Positions 20,926 to 30,702 are shown, counted from the first letter of the stretch. The stretch is DNA of 64,000 nt from an uncultured Chloroflexia bacterium (GCA_963768655.1 CAVYIM010000004.1:416001-480000); one strand, 5' to 3'. Notes: generated by a model not told the origin, from the sequence alone. Made by a program: numbers and translations.

Positions 20926-21345
20926 CTACTTCTTGGTCGACCAGAAGATGTCCGCGAACTCCTTGACCGCGGCTTCGAGATCGGCGGCGGCCCCGGCGTC
21001 GATGTTCTGCTTGTTCTTGCTGGCGAGCTTGAGGATCTTCCAGGTTCGATCGTGAATGTCCGGGTATCGCTCCAGGTGCTCGGGCTTGAAATAGTCGCTC
21101 CAGATGACCTGGATCTCGTGCTTGACGATCTCGGCGTGCTGCTCCTTGATGGCGACGCAGCGGACGAACTTCTGGCGATCTGCCTCGGTCAGGTTCTCCT
21201 TGGGGAGCTGGCCGATGAGCTCGACCATGCGGGCCACGGTTCGGGCGGCCAGCTCGGCCTGGTGCGGGTCGTAGATGCCGCACGGCACGTCGCAGTGGGC
21301 GTAGACAGTGGTGGTGGGCTTCAGCCAGCGAGTGACAAGGGACAT
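20926..21345 (-). CDS. sodN: Nickel superoxide dismutase precursor
   Basis: 16-aa leader followed by Ni-hook HCDVPCGIYDP; WSDYFK. GGGAGGAG SD. Confidence 0.96.
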   Translation of the reverse strand: MSLVTRWLKPTTTVYAHCDVPCGIYDPHQAELAARTVARMVELIGQLPKENLTEADRQKFVRCVAIKEQHAEIVKHEIQVIWSDYFKPEHLERYPDIHDRTWKILKLASKNKQNIDAGAAADLEAAVKEFADIFWSTKK

Positions 21346-21699
21346 CGGGTCTCCTCCCAGCATGGGACGACGGGCGAGGCGGGGACTAGCAGGCAGCTTC
21401 GCTGGGCCTCGGCCGTGTGCAAGTGTTGAGGGCTCGGCGCGCCGTGTCAATCGGGGCGCCGTTCAGACCCGGACGCCGCGCCAGGGTCGACGGATCCGGC
21501 CGATCTGGGCCGCCCGGGCAGGCCGGACCCGCGCCGCGAACCTCGGGCCCGGCTCCACGAAAAACCCACATTCGCTGCATAAGCTTTTCAGCCTGACTAC
21601 AGATTTCTAACCCAGCATCTGTGTCGATCCGGCCGGGCAGGCGTGTGGCCGGGCACGGAGATCACCGAGCTGCAGAAGCCAGGGAGCAACCTCTACTCG

Positions 21700-23181
21700 A
21701 TGAATGGTCCGACCCCAGCCAGCGACGCCAATCTGCCGGCCGCGAGCACTCGCTCAGCGGCTAGCGCCGCCGCGGTGCCCGTGGCTGCGAACCCTGGCGG
21801 CGTGACCTACTCGGCGCCCGTGCGGAAAGCTCGCCGCGTCCCGGTGCCCCGCGTCTGGCCGATCAAGGATTACGACGTCTACGCCCTCCTGGGCGGGAAC
21901 GCCTTCGTGATCCTGGCCATGTGGGTCCGCCATGGCGGTCTGAACGAGCTGGCGACGTCCGCTGGCATCGTGACGGCCATTGGTGAGCTCGCGGCCCTGT
22001 ACGGCACCTACCTGGTTCTGATCCAGCTGGTTCTCATGTCGCGCAGCCCCTGGCTCGACCAGATCTTCGGCCAGGACCGCCTCGTAGCCGCCCACCGCTG
22101 GGTCGGCTTTAGTGCGATCTGGCTGCTGGTCGCCCACTTCGTCTTCACGACCGTCGGCTATGGCATGGCCGACGGCAGCGGCCCGATCAACGAGGCGATC
22201 AACCTCCTCACGGTCTATCCCTACGTCCTGTGGTCCGGCATCGGGCTGGTCCTGTTCATCCTCGTCGGCATCACGTCCGTGCGGGCAGCTCGCCGGATGG
22301 CGTCGTACGAGACCTGGTACGCGATCCACCTCTACACGTATCTGGCCATCGCCCTCAGCTTCTTGCATCAGCTCTTCGTCGGCATCGACTTCGCCACCGA
22401 TCCGATTGCGCGCGCGTACTGGATCGCCCTGTACGTCCTGGCCTTCGGGCTGCTGTTCGTCTTCCGCTTCGGCCAGCCCATCTCGGTTTCCTGGCGTCAT
22501 CGCCTCCGCGTCGCCAACGTCGTCAAGGAAAGCCCGGATGCCGTGTCGATATACCTCACCGGCAAGGATCTCGACCAGCTCCCGGTCCGGGCCGGCCAGT
22601 GGTTCCGGCTTCGCTTCATGACGTCGAACGGCTGGTGGCGGGCTCATCCGTTCTCGATCTCGGCAGCCCCCAACGGCGAGTACCTCCGCTTCACGATCAA
22701 GAACCTGGGTGACTACACCAGACTCCTCCAGCACGTTCGCGTCGGAACCTCGGTCTTCGTCGAGGGCCCTTACGGCGTATTCACGGGCGCCACGCGAACC
22801 AAGGCCCGAGTCCTGTTCATCGCCGGCGGGATCGGCATCACGCCGCTCCGGGCGCTGCTCGAGGAGCTGCCGGCCGCACGCGGGAACCTGACGCTCGTCT
22901 ACCGCGCGAGCCACGAACACGAAGTGGTCTTCCGCAACGAGCTGGACGAGCTCGCCAGCCTGCGAGGAGCCACGGTCCACTACCTGGTCGGACGCCGCGG
23001 CTCTCGTGAGATGCCGTCCGATCCACTCGACCCCCGTGCGCTTCGCCGCCTGGTTCCGGATGTCTACGACCGAGACATCTACGTCTGCGGGCCGGCCGGG
23101 ATGATGGAGCGCGTCCTGAGCGGGCTCCACTGGCTGCGGATCGCCGAGTCGCAGATCCACTACGAACGTTTCAACTTCTGA
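21700..23181 (+). CDS. Ferric reductase/NOX-like transmembrane flavocytochrome (TM + FAD + NAD(P)H domains)
   Basis: Four TM His (AAHRW, VAHF, AIHLY, FLHQ), HPFSIS, AGGIGITP, CGP, HYERF. Confidence 0.9.
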   Translation: MNGPTPASDANLPAASTRSAASAAAVPVAANPGGVTYSAPVRKARRVPVPRVWPIKDYDVYALLGGNAFVILAMWVRHGGLNELATSAGIVTAIGELAALYGTYLVLIQLVLMSRSPWLDQIFGQDRLVAAHRWVGFSAIWLLVAHFVFTTVGYGMADGSGPINEAINLLTVYPYVLWSGIGLVLFILVGITSVRAARRMASYETWYAIHLYTYLAIALSFLHQLFVGIDFATDPIARAYWIALYVLAFGLLFVFRFGQPISVSWRHRLRVANVVKESPDAVSIYLTGKDLDQLPVRAGQWFRLRFMTSNGWWRAHPFSISAAPNGEYLRFTIKNLGDYTRLLQHVRVGTSVFVEGPYGVFTGATRTKARVLFIAGGIGITPLRALLEELPAARGNLTLVYRASHEHEVVFRNELDELASLRGATVHYLVGRRGSREMPSDPLDPRALRRLVPDVYDRDIYVCGPAGMMERVLSGLHWLRIAESQIHYERFNF

Positions 23182-23192
23182 GGACCGCAGAA

Positions 23193-23648
23193 ATGAACAT
23201 CCTGCCCAAGCGTGGAGTGATCGGAGGGGCTCTGACCGCCCTGGCGCTGGCCCTGATCCTGAGCTTCAAGACGCCCAGCTCCACCGGGCTCGTCACCGTC
23301 AACTCGAACGGCGGAACCACGGGCAACACTCTTGGCGGGACGCAGTCGGGCTCCGGGACGGGGACGGCCAGCAGCTACACGGGCCAGCTGACCGGGCAAG
23401 CAGTCCAGATCCCCTTCGGCACCGTCCAGGTCCAGGTGACCATGCAGAACGGCAAGATCACCGACGTTCAGGCCCTCCAGTTGCCCGGCGGCCAGTTCCG
23501 CTCGCAGCAGATCAGCCAGTACGCCGCGCCGCAGCTGCGCAGCGAGGTGCTGGCGGCCCAGAGCGCCAACGTCAACACGATCTCGGGCGCGACTTACACG
23601 AGCATGGGATATCTGCAATCCCTCCAGTCGGCCCTCGACCAGGCCTAA
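23193..23648 (+). CDS. Membrane-anchored FMN-binding protein
   Basis: N-terminal hydrophobic segment, FGTVQVQVT, flavinylation motif ISGATYTS. Confidence 0.9.
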   Translation: MNILPKRGVIGGALTALALALILSFKTPSSTGLVTVNSNGGTTGNTLGGTQSGSGTGTASSYTGQLTGQAVQIPFGTVQVQVTMQNGKITDVQALQLPGGQFRSQQISQYAAPQLRSEVLAAQSANVNTISGATYTSMGYLQSLQSALDQA

Positions 23649-23654
23649 ACCGAT

Positions 23655-23929
23655 CGCCGTCGGGCGGCGCATCGCGGTGTTGGAGCCTGCGTTCCTCGCT
23701 CACGCACCTTCTGGTGCGCTCGCTCCGGTACTCGGCTCCGCCTGGCGCTGCGCTCGCCGGGCCGGCGTTCGGGACGAGTGGCGCCGTCGGGCGGCGCCGT
23801 CGCATCGCGGTGTTGGAGCCTGCGTTCCTCGCTTACGCACCTTCTGGTGCGCTCGCTCCGGTACTCGGCTCCGCCTGGCGCTGCGCTCGCCGGGCCGGCG
23901 TTCGGGACGAGTGGCGCCGTCGGGCGGCG
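23655..23929. repeat. Two near-identical 133-bp direct repeats with REP-like hairpins
   Basis: Copies align from 23671 and 23804 with one C/T difference. Hairpin CGCACC-TTCT-GGTGCG nested in GGAGCC...GGCTCC. Confidence 0.9.
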
Positions 23930-23998
23930 ATCTTCGCTCGTGGCTGGCCGGGCTGGCGATCTTCGCCCGTGGCCGTCGGGCGCGCGTGAGGCGAACCT

Positions 23999-24682
23999 CT
24001 ACGGAGCCCAGGAGTTCATCTCGATATCGCCCGACGGAACGGTGTTATCGCCCAGACACGACGGAACTCCACCCAGGTCCGTCGGGGACGCGGCGCCGGC
24101 GGTGACCATGCCCGTCCCGGGAATGACGAACGCCACCCGGACCGGGGCCACGATCGGCGGGGCCGCGCACAGATTCGAGGTCTGAACCGAGGCGATCATC
24201 GTGGCGTTGGGAGCGAGCATCAGCATCGGCGAGGCCCCGGGAGCCTGGCCGGTGATCAGGATCGAGTTGTCGCCGTTGAGGAGGAGGGGCTGGCTCTTGG
24301 ACGCGATGAGGCACGGCGTCGAACCGACGTTCTGGAGCTGGAAGGTGGCCATCTCGTGACCGGAGCCGCTCTGCCAGGCCACTCCGCCCTGGAGGGTGAT
24401 TGTGATCTGGAGGTCGGTTCCGTAGCACGGCCCTATCGTCGGCGACGGTTTGGGCGTCGGCGGCGGCGTGGGCGTCGGCGTGGGCGTGGGCGACGGCGTG
24501 GGCGTGGGCGACGGCGAGGCCGTCGGGGTCGGGGTTACGAAGGGAAGGACCCTCGGCGTCTTGGTGGCGCCAGAGCAACCTGCGAGCGCGGCGCCGAGCA
24601 CCAGCATGGCGATCAGCCCGAGCGACGCCGAGCGGGCTGCTCTGCGTTCGCGGGATCGGCGGGCTGGGAGATTGGCGGGCAT
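23999..24682 (-). CDS. Lipoprotein with PT linker and DUF4232-like domain
   Basis: Lipobox LAGC, (PT)n linker, PC...DL...QNVGSTPC. GAGGAGG SD. Confidence 0.75.
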   Translation of the reverse strand: MPANLPARRSRERRAARSASLGLIAMLVLGAALAGCSGATKTPRVLPFVTPTPTASPSPTPTPSPTPTPTPTPPPTPKPSPTIGPCYGTDLQITITLQGGVAWQSGSGHEMATFQLQNVGSTPCLIASKSQPLLLNGDNSILITGQAPGASPMLMLAPNATMIASVQTSNLCAAPPIVAPVRVAFVIPGTGMVTAGAASPTDLGGVPSCLGDNTVPSGDIEMNSWAP

Positions 24683-25104
24683 ATGTCCTCCTCGAGGTTT
24701 GTCGGCCCACAGGGTAGCGCAAAGCCGCCCCTGTCCACCGGCGACCGCGTCTGGGCGGCAACGCGGCGATCGTCGGACGAGCGCCAATCTGCCCGTCGGG
24801 CGCCCCGAGACGCCACTCCACAAGCGCCGACCGAGCGGTCGGGCGCCGCGGAGAGCCGGTCCCGCGAGCGTGTCGACGGCGCCGACAACGCCGGCGGAGC
24901 GCCGGGCAGGTGGCCGGCACGCTCGCCCCCGGGACTCCAGCCGCTGGCGTCGTGGTCTGCGGGCGGGAGTTCGGTCGGGACGGCTTTCGTTCGAGATCGA
25001 GGCGAAGCGACACGTTCGGCGATTCCCCGCCGGAGCGGCCAATTCGCGCTCGGAGACGGTGGACCGTTCGTCGAGAACGGGCGGGAAGACACGCGCCCGA
25101 CCAG

Positions 25105-25130
25105 ACTCAAGCCCACTTAACCTCACTGAA
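25105..25130. promoter_or_regulatory. Three ACTnAA direct repeats at 10-bp period (putative transcription factor site)
   Basis: ACTCAA 25105, ACTTAA 25115, ACTGAA 25125. Confidence 0.5.
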
Positions 25131-25198
25131 ACGCAATTCTGACGCGAGCACCAACACGGGCGAGACAGGCCGCGCCTGGCGCAGGTATGATCTATCCG

Positions 25199-26278
25199 AT
25201 GAGCGACGAGACTGTCACGTCGTTCCAGGAGGGACACGCGGCTTGTCCGTTTGTCGCCTTCGAGGACGACCGAGATCACCGAGCCGACCACCCGGACTAC
25301 GGTCATCGCTGCTTTGCCGCAGCCGAGCCGGAGCCACGGGCTCTTCCGCACCAGGAGCGGTTCTGCCTCTCCGCCGCTTTCGCGCAATGCCCGATATTCC
25401 TCGATTGGGCACGCCAGGAGGCTGCCGGGATCGCGACCAAGACATCCGCTGGCGCGACGGCGACGAGTCAGCCCGCGGCGACCACCGCCAGGGCGGCCTC
25501 AGTCGAGACGCCGGCCTTCCTTGCCAGCCGCGGCCGGACGACTCCCGCCGAGGCAGGTCCGGTGCCGCCGCACTCCTCAGATCCGGGTTCGGGACTGTGG
25601 GGTTTCGAAGGCGCACCCAAGCGGACCGTCGCTTCCGCGACCGTCCCGGCCTCGGCCTCGAGTTCGGATTCCGGAACCACGGCCTACACGATGGCCCGGC
25701 GCGGCCCGACACACCCGGATTGGGAGAAGCCGCCTCGCCTGGACAACTACCCGAGGCTGCGCTCGCACGAGGACAGGAACAACAACCAGCCGCTCCTGCT
25801 GGCGGCGCTGGGCGTCGCCGTCGTGATGGTCGCATTGATCCTGGTTCCGCTGTGGGGCGGCAAGGGCGGGAGCGTCGCGAACCCGAGCGCCAGCGGGTCG
25901 CTCGTCGCGCTCGGGAGCGGGGCTTCGCCCTCCGCGACCGACACGCCCGTCCCGACGCCGGTGCCCGACAGGACGCTGATGGCATACCAGATCACGAGCA
26001 AGGACAAGAACCTCACCGGCATCGCCGCCAAGTTCAGCATCACTCTTACGCTACTCGAGGCGGCGAACCCCCTCTCGACCTGGCCGAGCAAGAGCTACGA
26101 CGTCATCTGGCCGGGAATGATCATCTACATCCCATGGCAGACCTGGACCGCGCCCCCGCCGACCCCGTCTCCGACGCCGACTCCGCTCCTGACGCCCACA
26201 CCCAAGCCGACGCCGACGCCGCTGGCGACTCCTACCCCGCTGGCGACCCCGACTCCCGAGGTCACACTCGGCTACTAG
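25199..26278 (+). CDS. Membrane protein with N-terminal Cys/His-rich domain and C-terminal LysM
   Basis: CPFV...HRC...HQERFC...CPIF; TM; LTGIAAKFSITLTLLEAANP...IWPGMIIYIP. TATGAT lies 7 nt before ATG 25199. Confidence 0.85.
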   Translation: MSDETVTSFQEGHAACPFVAFEDDRDHRADHPDYGHRCFAAAEPEPRALPHQERFCLSAAFAQCPIFLDWARQEAAGIATKTSAGATATSQPAATTARAASVETPAFLASRGRTTPAEAGPVPPHSSDPGSGLWGFEGAPKRTVASATVPASASSSDSGTTAYTMARRGPTHPDWEKPPRLDNYPRLRSHEDRNNNQPLLLAALGVAVVMVALILVPLWGGKGGSVANPSASGSLVALGSGASPSATDTPVPTPVPDRTLMAYQITSKDKNLTGIAAKFSITLTLLEAANPLSTWPSKSYDVIWPGMIIYIPWQTWTAPPPTPSPTPTPLLTPTPKPTPTPLATPTPLATPTPEVTLGY

Positions 26279-26406
26279 GCACGGTCGCGGCAAGCCGGTT
26301 CGAGTCTATGGAGTGGCGCGCAATCGTCCCGGTGCAGGCACCGGCCAGCTTCGCCGCACGACATTACCGGCCCGCTGTGGCGCCCGGATGAGCCCGCCCC
26401 CTGAAG

Positions 26407-26736
26407 TCAGCGGGGCGTCAGGTTGATCGCTGTGATCTTGCCGGCCTCGACCCGAAAGCTCGCGTCGAGCTGCTGGCTGGGGGCGCCGGGGCGGACTATC
26501 AATAGGTTTGCCTGGTAGGTGTTGCCCATGTCGCGCACGTCGCCGGGGATCATCCGAAAACCCGGCTCGGCGCGCAGGAACCAGCCACCGATCTCGCGCA
26601 GTCCTCGCAGCGTTCGGGCGTTGCCGCTGACGTGGACGCGCATCTCGGCCCGCTCGTCCATGAGCGCGACCGCGCCCTCGCGGTCGCCGCTGTTCAGCAG
26701 GTCGAAGAACATCTCCATCGTGTCGACGGCACCCAT
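26407..26736 (-). CDS. SnoaL/NTF2-like small protein
   Basis: FFDLLNSGDREGAVALM...FRVEAGKIT pattern. Confidence 0.7.
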   Translation of the reverse strand: MGAVDTMEMFFDLLNSGDREGAVALMDERAEMRVHVSGNARTLRGLREIGGWFLRAEPGFRMIPGDVRDMGNTYQANLLIVRPGAPSQQLDASFRVEAGKITAINLTPR

Positions 26737-26865
26737 GGCGGGAGTGTAGCCGACCCGACCGACCGTAGATCGGCGCTTCGGCCGGCCGTTCGGTCAGACA
26801 CGCCGCGAGACGTGCGGTCGGCCGGGAATGCGGTCGGGCGGGAATGCGGCCGGGCGGACCCGCGG

Positions 26866-28551
26866 TCAGAAGCCGCCGCCCGCCCCGCCGCCTCCGCCGC
26901 CGCCCCCGCCCCCGAAGCCGCCGCCGCCACGGGAGGCGGACGAACCTATCGAGCCGATCGCGGAGACCATCGACCCGATGTCCGGGATGGCGCCGGCGGA
27001 GTAGAGGCCGCCGCCGCCCGCCCCGACGGCGCCGCCGCCTCCGCCGAAGCCGCCGGCGTGGGGCGTCGACCACCAGACCGGATACCACCCTGTGGCGTAG
27101 CCCGCCCGCCGCGACTCGTCCATGGTGCGGTGCAGGACCGCGTCGATCTCGGAGTTCAGCCCGAGCGCGACGCCCCACGCCATCGCCGCGTCCGGCGTGT
27201 CGACCCACGGCAGCGGCTTGCGGCGAGCCACCTCGTCCATCGAGGCCGACATGCTCATCGTCGCCGCGAGCGTCCGCCCGTACGCGGCCAGCATCGCCCG
27301 CAGCATCGAGCCAAGCTGGGTGCGCGACGGCATGAGCGACGCCATGGCGATCGTGAACGCGCCGCACACTCCGATCGCGACTCCGCCCAGGAGCCCGCCG
27401 CTGGCGTCGAGATCGAACGTCCACCAGACGAGCGCGCTGGCGACCACCAGCTCGATGAACCCGACCAGGGCCCACCGGCCGACCACGCTGGAAGGCTTGG
27501 CCGTGAGCCAGCCCTTCTGGACCGCCAGTGCTTCGAGATCGCTCTTGAACCGAGTCACGGCCGGGGCCAGCTTGCGCATGGCACTGCGGTCCATGAATCC
27601 GCCGTCGCCGGAGAACGTCTCGATGGCGGAGAAGAGCCCGCCTTCGGGCGTCGAGATGGACTCGCGCCTTCCCGTCGCCCCGAGTTCCGTCTGCTGGCCG
27701 ATGAACACCGGCTGCTGGCGGAACTGGACCAACCCCCGCGCTGCCAGGTCGACCATCGCCGCCGAGAGCGTCAGATCGGACGTCCGGTCGTTCATGACGA
27801 GGGTCGCCATGGCCGGGGTCAGGCCGTCCGGCGGAGCCGGCATCAGAACCGAGTTGTCGTCGATGTAGATCGGGTCGCGCCCGTGGGTGTACCAGCGGAT
27901 CAGGACAAAGGCGATGAGCCAGATCGAAAGCGCCAGGACGCCGATCCCAACGGCGGCGTTGATGATGCGATCCTGATTGAGCTGGGCCGCGTGCTCGGGC
28001 GTGGCCGCCGCGTCGATGTCCGAGAGGGCTATCGCCAGCGCGCCGTCGAAGTCGCCGTCGACGAGTTTCGGCTTCATGTCGTTGTCGTAGATGGACTGGC
28101 GATCGGCATTGGTCAGGAAGGCGGCGCTGAAGCCACTGCCGGCATACAGCGAGACCTCACCGTGCTGGCGGTTGTCCTGCATGTCGAAGAGGATCACCAG
28201 GCCGTCGTCGAAGCCCGCCCGCCCGACGCCCCACTGATTCATCAGCGCCAGGGCGTCCGCGTTCACGAGGTCGAGGGAGTCGCTCTCGGGTTTGATCTGC
28301 GTGTAGACCGCGACCTCGGCGCCGGTCCGATTCTCGATGCCGCTGATCGTCGCTTCGGCCGAAGAGATGGCACTCGCCGAGAAGATGCCGGCGTAGTCGT
28401 AGACGCGCTGGCCGCTGACCGGCTGCGGGAAGGGCGGCCCGGCAGGTGGAGTCTGGACGGTGGCGGCGGAGACGAGCGACGCCATGGCGAACAGCGACCA
28501 CAGCGACGCCAGCGCGATCCCCGCGAAGGCCCGCCGGCCGTTGAGCCTCAT
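26866..28551 (-). CDS. TPM domain plus DUF2207-like membrane protein with Gly-rich tail
   Basis: VYDYAGIF...WGVGRAGFDDGLVIL; PPDGLTPA...DLAARG; terminal GGGGAGGGF. Confidence 0.85.
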   Translation of the reverse strand: MRLNGRRAFAGIALASLWSLFAMASLVSAATVQTPPAGPPFPQPVSGQRVYDYAGIFSASAISSAEATISGIENRTGAEVAVYTQIKPESDSLDLVNADALALMNQWGVGRAGFDDGLVILFDMQDNRQHGEVSLYAGSGFSAAFLTNADRQSIYDNDMKPKLVDGDFDGALAIALSDIDAAATPEHAAQLNQDRIINAAVGIGVLALSIWLIAFVLIRWYTHGRDPIYIDDNSVLMPAPPDGLTPAMATLVMNDRTSDLTLSAAMVDLAARGLVQFRQQPVFIGQQTELGATGRRESISTPEGGLFSAIETFSGDGGFMDRSAMRKLAPAVTRFKSDLEALAVQKGWLTAKPSSVVGRWALVGFIELVVASALVWWTFDLDASGGLLGGVAIGVCGAFTIAMASLMPSRTQLGSMLRAMLAAYGRTLAATMSMSASMDEVARRKPLPWVDTPDAAMAWGVALGLNSEIDAVLHRTMDESRRAGYATGWYPVWWSTPHAGGFGGGGGAVGAGGGGLYSAGAIPDIGSMVSAIGSIGSSASRGGGGFGGGGGGGGGGAGGGF

Positions 28552-30602
28552 CGAGTCTCCTCCTTGGCGCTGGTGGCCGATTTCGTGGCCATTCGGGCGC
28601 GCAGTCGCCGGACGAGCTCGGCCGACAGCTCGTACCGCCCGAAGCTGGGCATGATGTACGTGCCCTGGACCATTCCGTCGGTCCGGCTGAGAAGGTCCAT
28701 GGCCATCTCGAGCCCGACTTCCGTGCCGCGCGCGCCGGCCTCGCGCATGGCGGCTCGCTGCTTCTCGGGGATCGTGATGCCGGGCACTTCGTTGTGCAGG
28801 AACTCAGCGTGGCGGGAGCTGTGGAGCGGTAGCACGCCGAGCAACAAAGGAACGGGAAAGCCGGACGGGCCGAAGATGTCGCGCGCCCGGGCCAGCATTT
28901 CCTCCACCTGGGCCACCGAGTAGAGCGGCTGGGTCATGATCACGTCCGCCCCGGCGGCGAGCTTGCGCTCGAGGCGGGACCACTCCTGGTCCGGGTCGGC
29001 GGCGGTTGGGTCGAGGGCGCAGGCTATGGTGAAGCCGGCCGGCTGACCGATGGCCGACCCGGCCTGGTCCTCGCCGTTGTTCAGGCGCCGCAGGACCTCG
29101 ATCAGGCCGATCGCGTCGATATCCCAGACCGCTGTCGTGGTCAGCTGGTCCGCGGCCCGCGGTGGATCGCCTGTGAGCGCCAGGATGTTGCGAACGCCCA
29201 GGGCGTGGGCGCCCAGCAGCTCGGCTTCGAGGGCCATCAGGTTTCTGTCGCGCGTCGTCAGGTGGACCAGGCACTCGAGGTCGAGGTCGTGCTGGATGCC
29301 GAAGGCCACGGCCATCGCGCCCATTCGGACTCGCCCGGTCGCCGAGTCACTGATGTTCACCAGGTCCACGCCCGCCCGCTGCAGGAGTCGGGCGGCCTCG
29401 ATGGTGCGATCGATGCGGATCGAGCGGGGCGGGTCGATCTCGACCGAAATGACGAACGTGCCCTCGGCGAGCTTGCGGGCCAGGGTGGTTGGCGGCGGCG
29501 CCTCGCCCTCTGCGCCGATCTCGCGGCGGGGCGTGCGCGGCGCGGCCGAGGCGGCATTCTCTCGCTCGGCGTCGTCGGGACGCGGAGCGACGGTAACTCC
29601 GCGGCGGCCGCCGGCGGTCATGGCGTCGATCGCGGCCCGCATCTCGGCCGTGTGTCTGGGTGTCGTGCCGCAACAGCCGCCGACGATCATGGCGCCGGCA
29701 GCGATCATCTTCGGGACCATCTCACCGAAGTACTCGGGCTCGGCCGAATAGACGAGGCGACCTTCGATGCGCTGGGGGAGGCCGGCGTTGGGCTGGAGCG
29801 AGCGGGCCACCAGGGCATTGGGCGGTCCGGTCCGGACGAGAGCCTCAAGACAGGCCTGCGGTCCGGCCCCGCAGTTGACTCCGATAGCATCCACGCCCGC
29901 CTCGGTGAGGGCCGCCGCCGCGGCGGCGGGAGTGGTTCCGTCGGCCAGCAGCAGGTCCTCGCCGAAGGTCATCTGCGCGATAACCGGCAGGTCGCAGGCG
30001 CGCTGGATCTCCTCGATCGCGGCCAGCAGCGTGTCCAGGTCGCCGAAGGTGTCGCACACGAACAGGTCGACGCCGCCTTCGAGGAGCCCCTCCACTTGCT
30101 CGCGGAATGCCGCCCGGGCGATCCCCGGATGCGGCCGATCCTGGATTCGGAGCGCCGCGCCGAGCGGTCCGATCGTGCCGGCGACGAGCGCCTCACGTCC
30201 GGCCACGTCGCGGGCTTCGCGGGCGAGCTGCGCGCCGCGCCGGTTCATCTGCCCGGCCAGCTGCTCCAGGCCAAACTCGGCGAGACGGAAGCGGTTCGCG
30301 CCGAAAGTGTCCGTCTCGATGGCGTCGGCGCCCGCTTCGAGGTACTCGCGGTGGATCTCGAAGACGACCTCGGAGTGGGTCAGCACAACCTCGTCCAGGC
30401 AGGCTCGCTGGGGAATGCCGCGGCTGTACAGCAGCGTGCCCATCGCGCCGTCGAAGAGCAGCGGCCGGCGCCGCAGCTGCATGCGGAAGCGCTCCCGTTC
30501 GGAAAGAGCGCCGGGGGTGCCGGCTGTGTCCCGCGCGGCGTCATCGGCCGCGGCGAACGCGGCGAAGAGATCGAGCGGCGACGAGGTGTGGGTGACGGAC
30601 AT
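28548..30602 (-). CDS. yitJ: Bifunctional homocysteine S-methyltransferase / methylenetetrahydrofolate reductase
   Basis: DGAMGT, GVNC, GGCCGT; SVEIDPP, RDRNLMAL, LTGDPP, LHNEVPG. Confidence 0.93.
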   Translation of the reverse strand: MSVTHTSSPLDLFAAFAAADDAARDTAGTPGALSERERFRMQLRRRPLLFDGAMGTLLYSRGIPQRACLDEVVLTHSEVVFEIHREYLEAGADAIETDTFGANRFRLAEFGLEQLAGQMNRRGAQLAREARDVAGREALVAGTIGPLGAALRIQDRPHPGIARAAFREQVEGLLEGGVDLFVCDTFGDLDTLLAAIEEIQRACDLPVIAQMTFGEDLLLADGTTPAAAAAALTEAGVDAIGVNCGAGPQACLEALVRTGPPNALVARSLQPNAGLPQRIEGRLVYSAEPEYFGEMVPKMIAAGAMIVGGCCGTTPRHTAEMRAAIDAMTAGGRRGVTVAPRPDDAERENAASAAPRTPRREIGAEGEAPPPTTLARKLAEGTFVISVEIDPPRSIRIDRTIEAARLLQRAGVDLVNISDSATGRVRMGAMAVAFGIQHDLDLECLVHLTTRDRNLMALEAELLGAHALGVRNILALTGDPPRAADQLTTTAVWDIDAIGLIEVLRRLNNGEDQAGSAIGQPAGFTIACALDPTAADPDQEWSRLERKLAAGADVIMTQPLYSVAQVEEMLARARDIFGPSGFPVPLLLGVLPLHSSRHAEFLHNEVPGITIPEKQRAAMREAGARGTEVGLEMAMDLLSRTDGMVQGTYIMPSFGRYELSAELVRRLRARMATKSATSAKEETR

Positions 30603-30608
30603 GTCGAA

Positions 30609-30638
30609 AGCCTAGCGGGTCCGTCACCCGCGGGACAA
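30609..30638 (-). promoter_or_regulatory. Sigma70-type promoter for a leaderless yitJ transcript
   Basis: TTGTCC-N18-TAGGCT-N6-ATG on the minus strand. Confidence 0.6.
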
Positions 30639-30664
30639 GCCTCGGGCGCGGAGGAGCAGTTGAC

Positions 30665-30697
30665 GGCGGTCGGTGGTCGGCGGTCGGCGGTCGGCGG
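30665..30697. repeat. Heptamer tandem repeat GGYGGTC, about 4.7 copies
   Basis: Read directly from the sequence. Confidence 0.8.
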
Positions 30698-30702
30698 AGA
30701 AG

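Noticed and set aside
21560-21612. A specific Nur/Fur or response-regulator box in the sodN divergon
   Set aside because: The patch is AT-rich but the repeats are too weak to assign a regulator.
23655-23929. CRISPR array or tRNA
   Set aside because: The whole unit is duplicated, there are no variable spacers, and no cloverleaf or T-loop is visible.
30603-30702. SAM riboswitch upstream of yitJ
   Set aside because: No SAM-I consensus, and the promoter spacing indicates a leaderless transcript.
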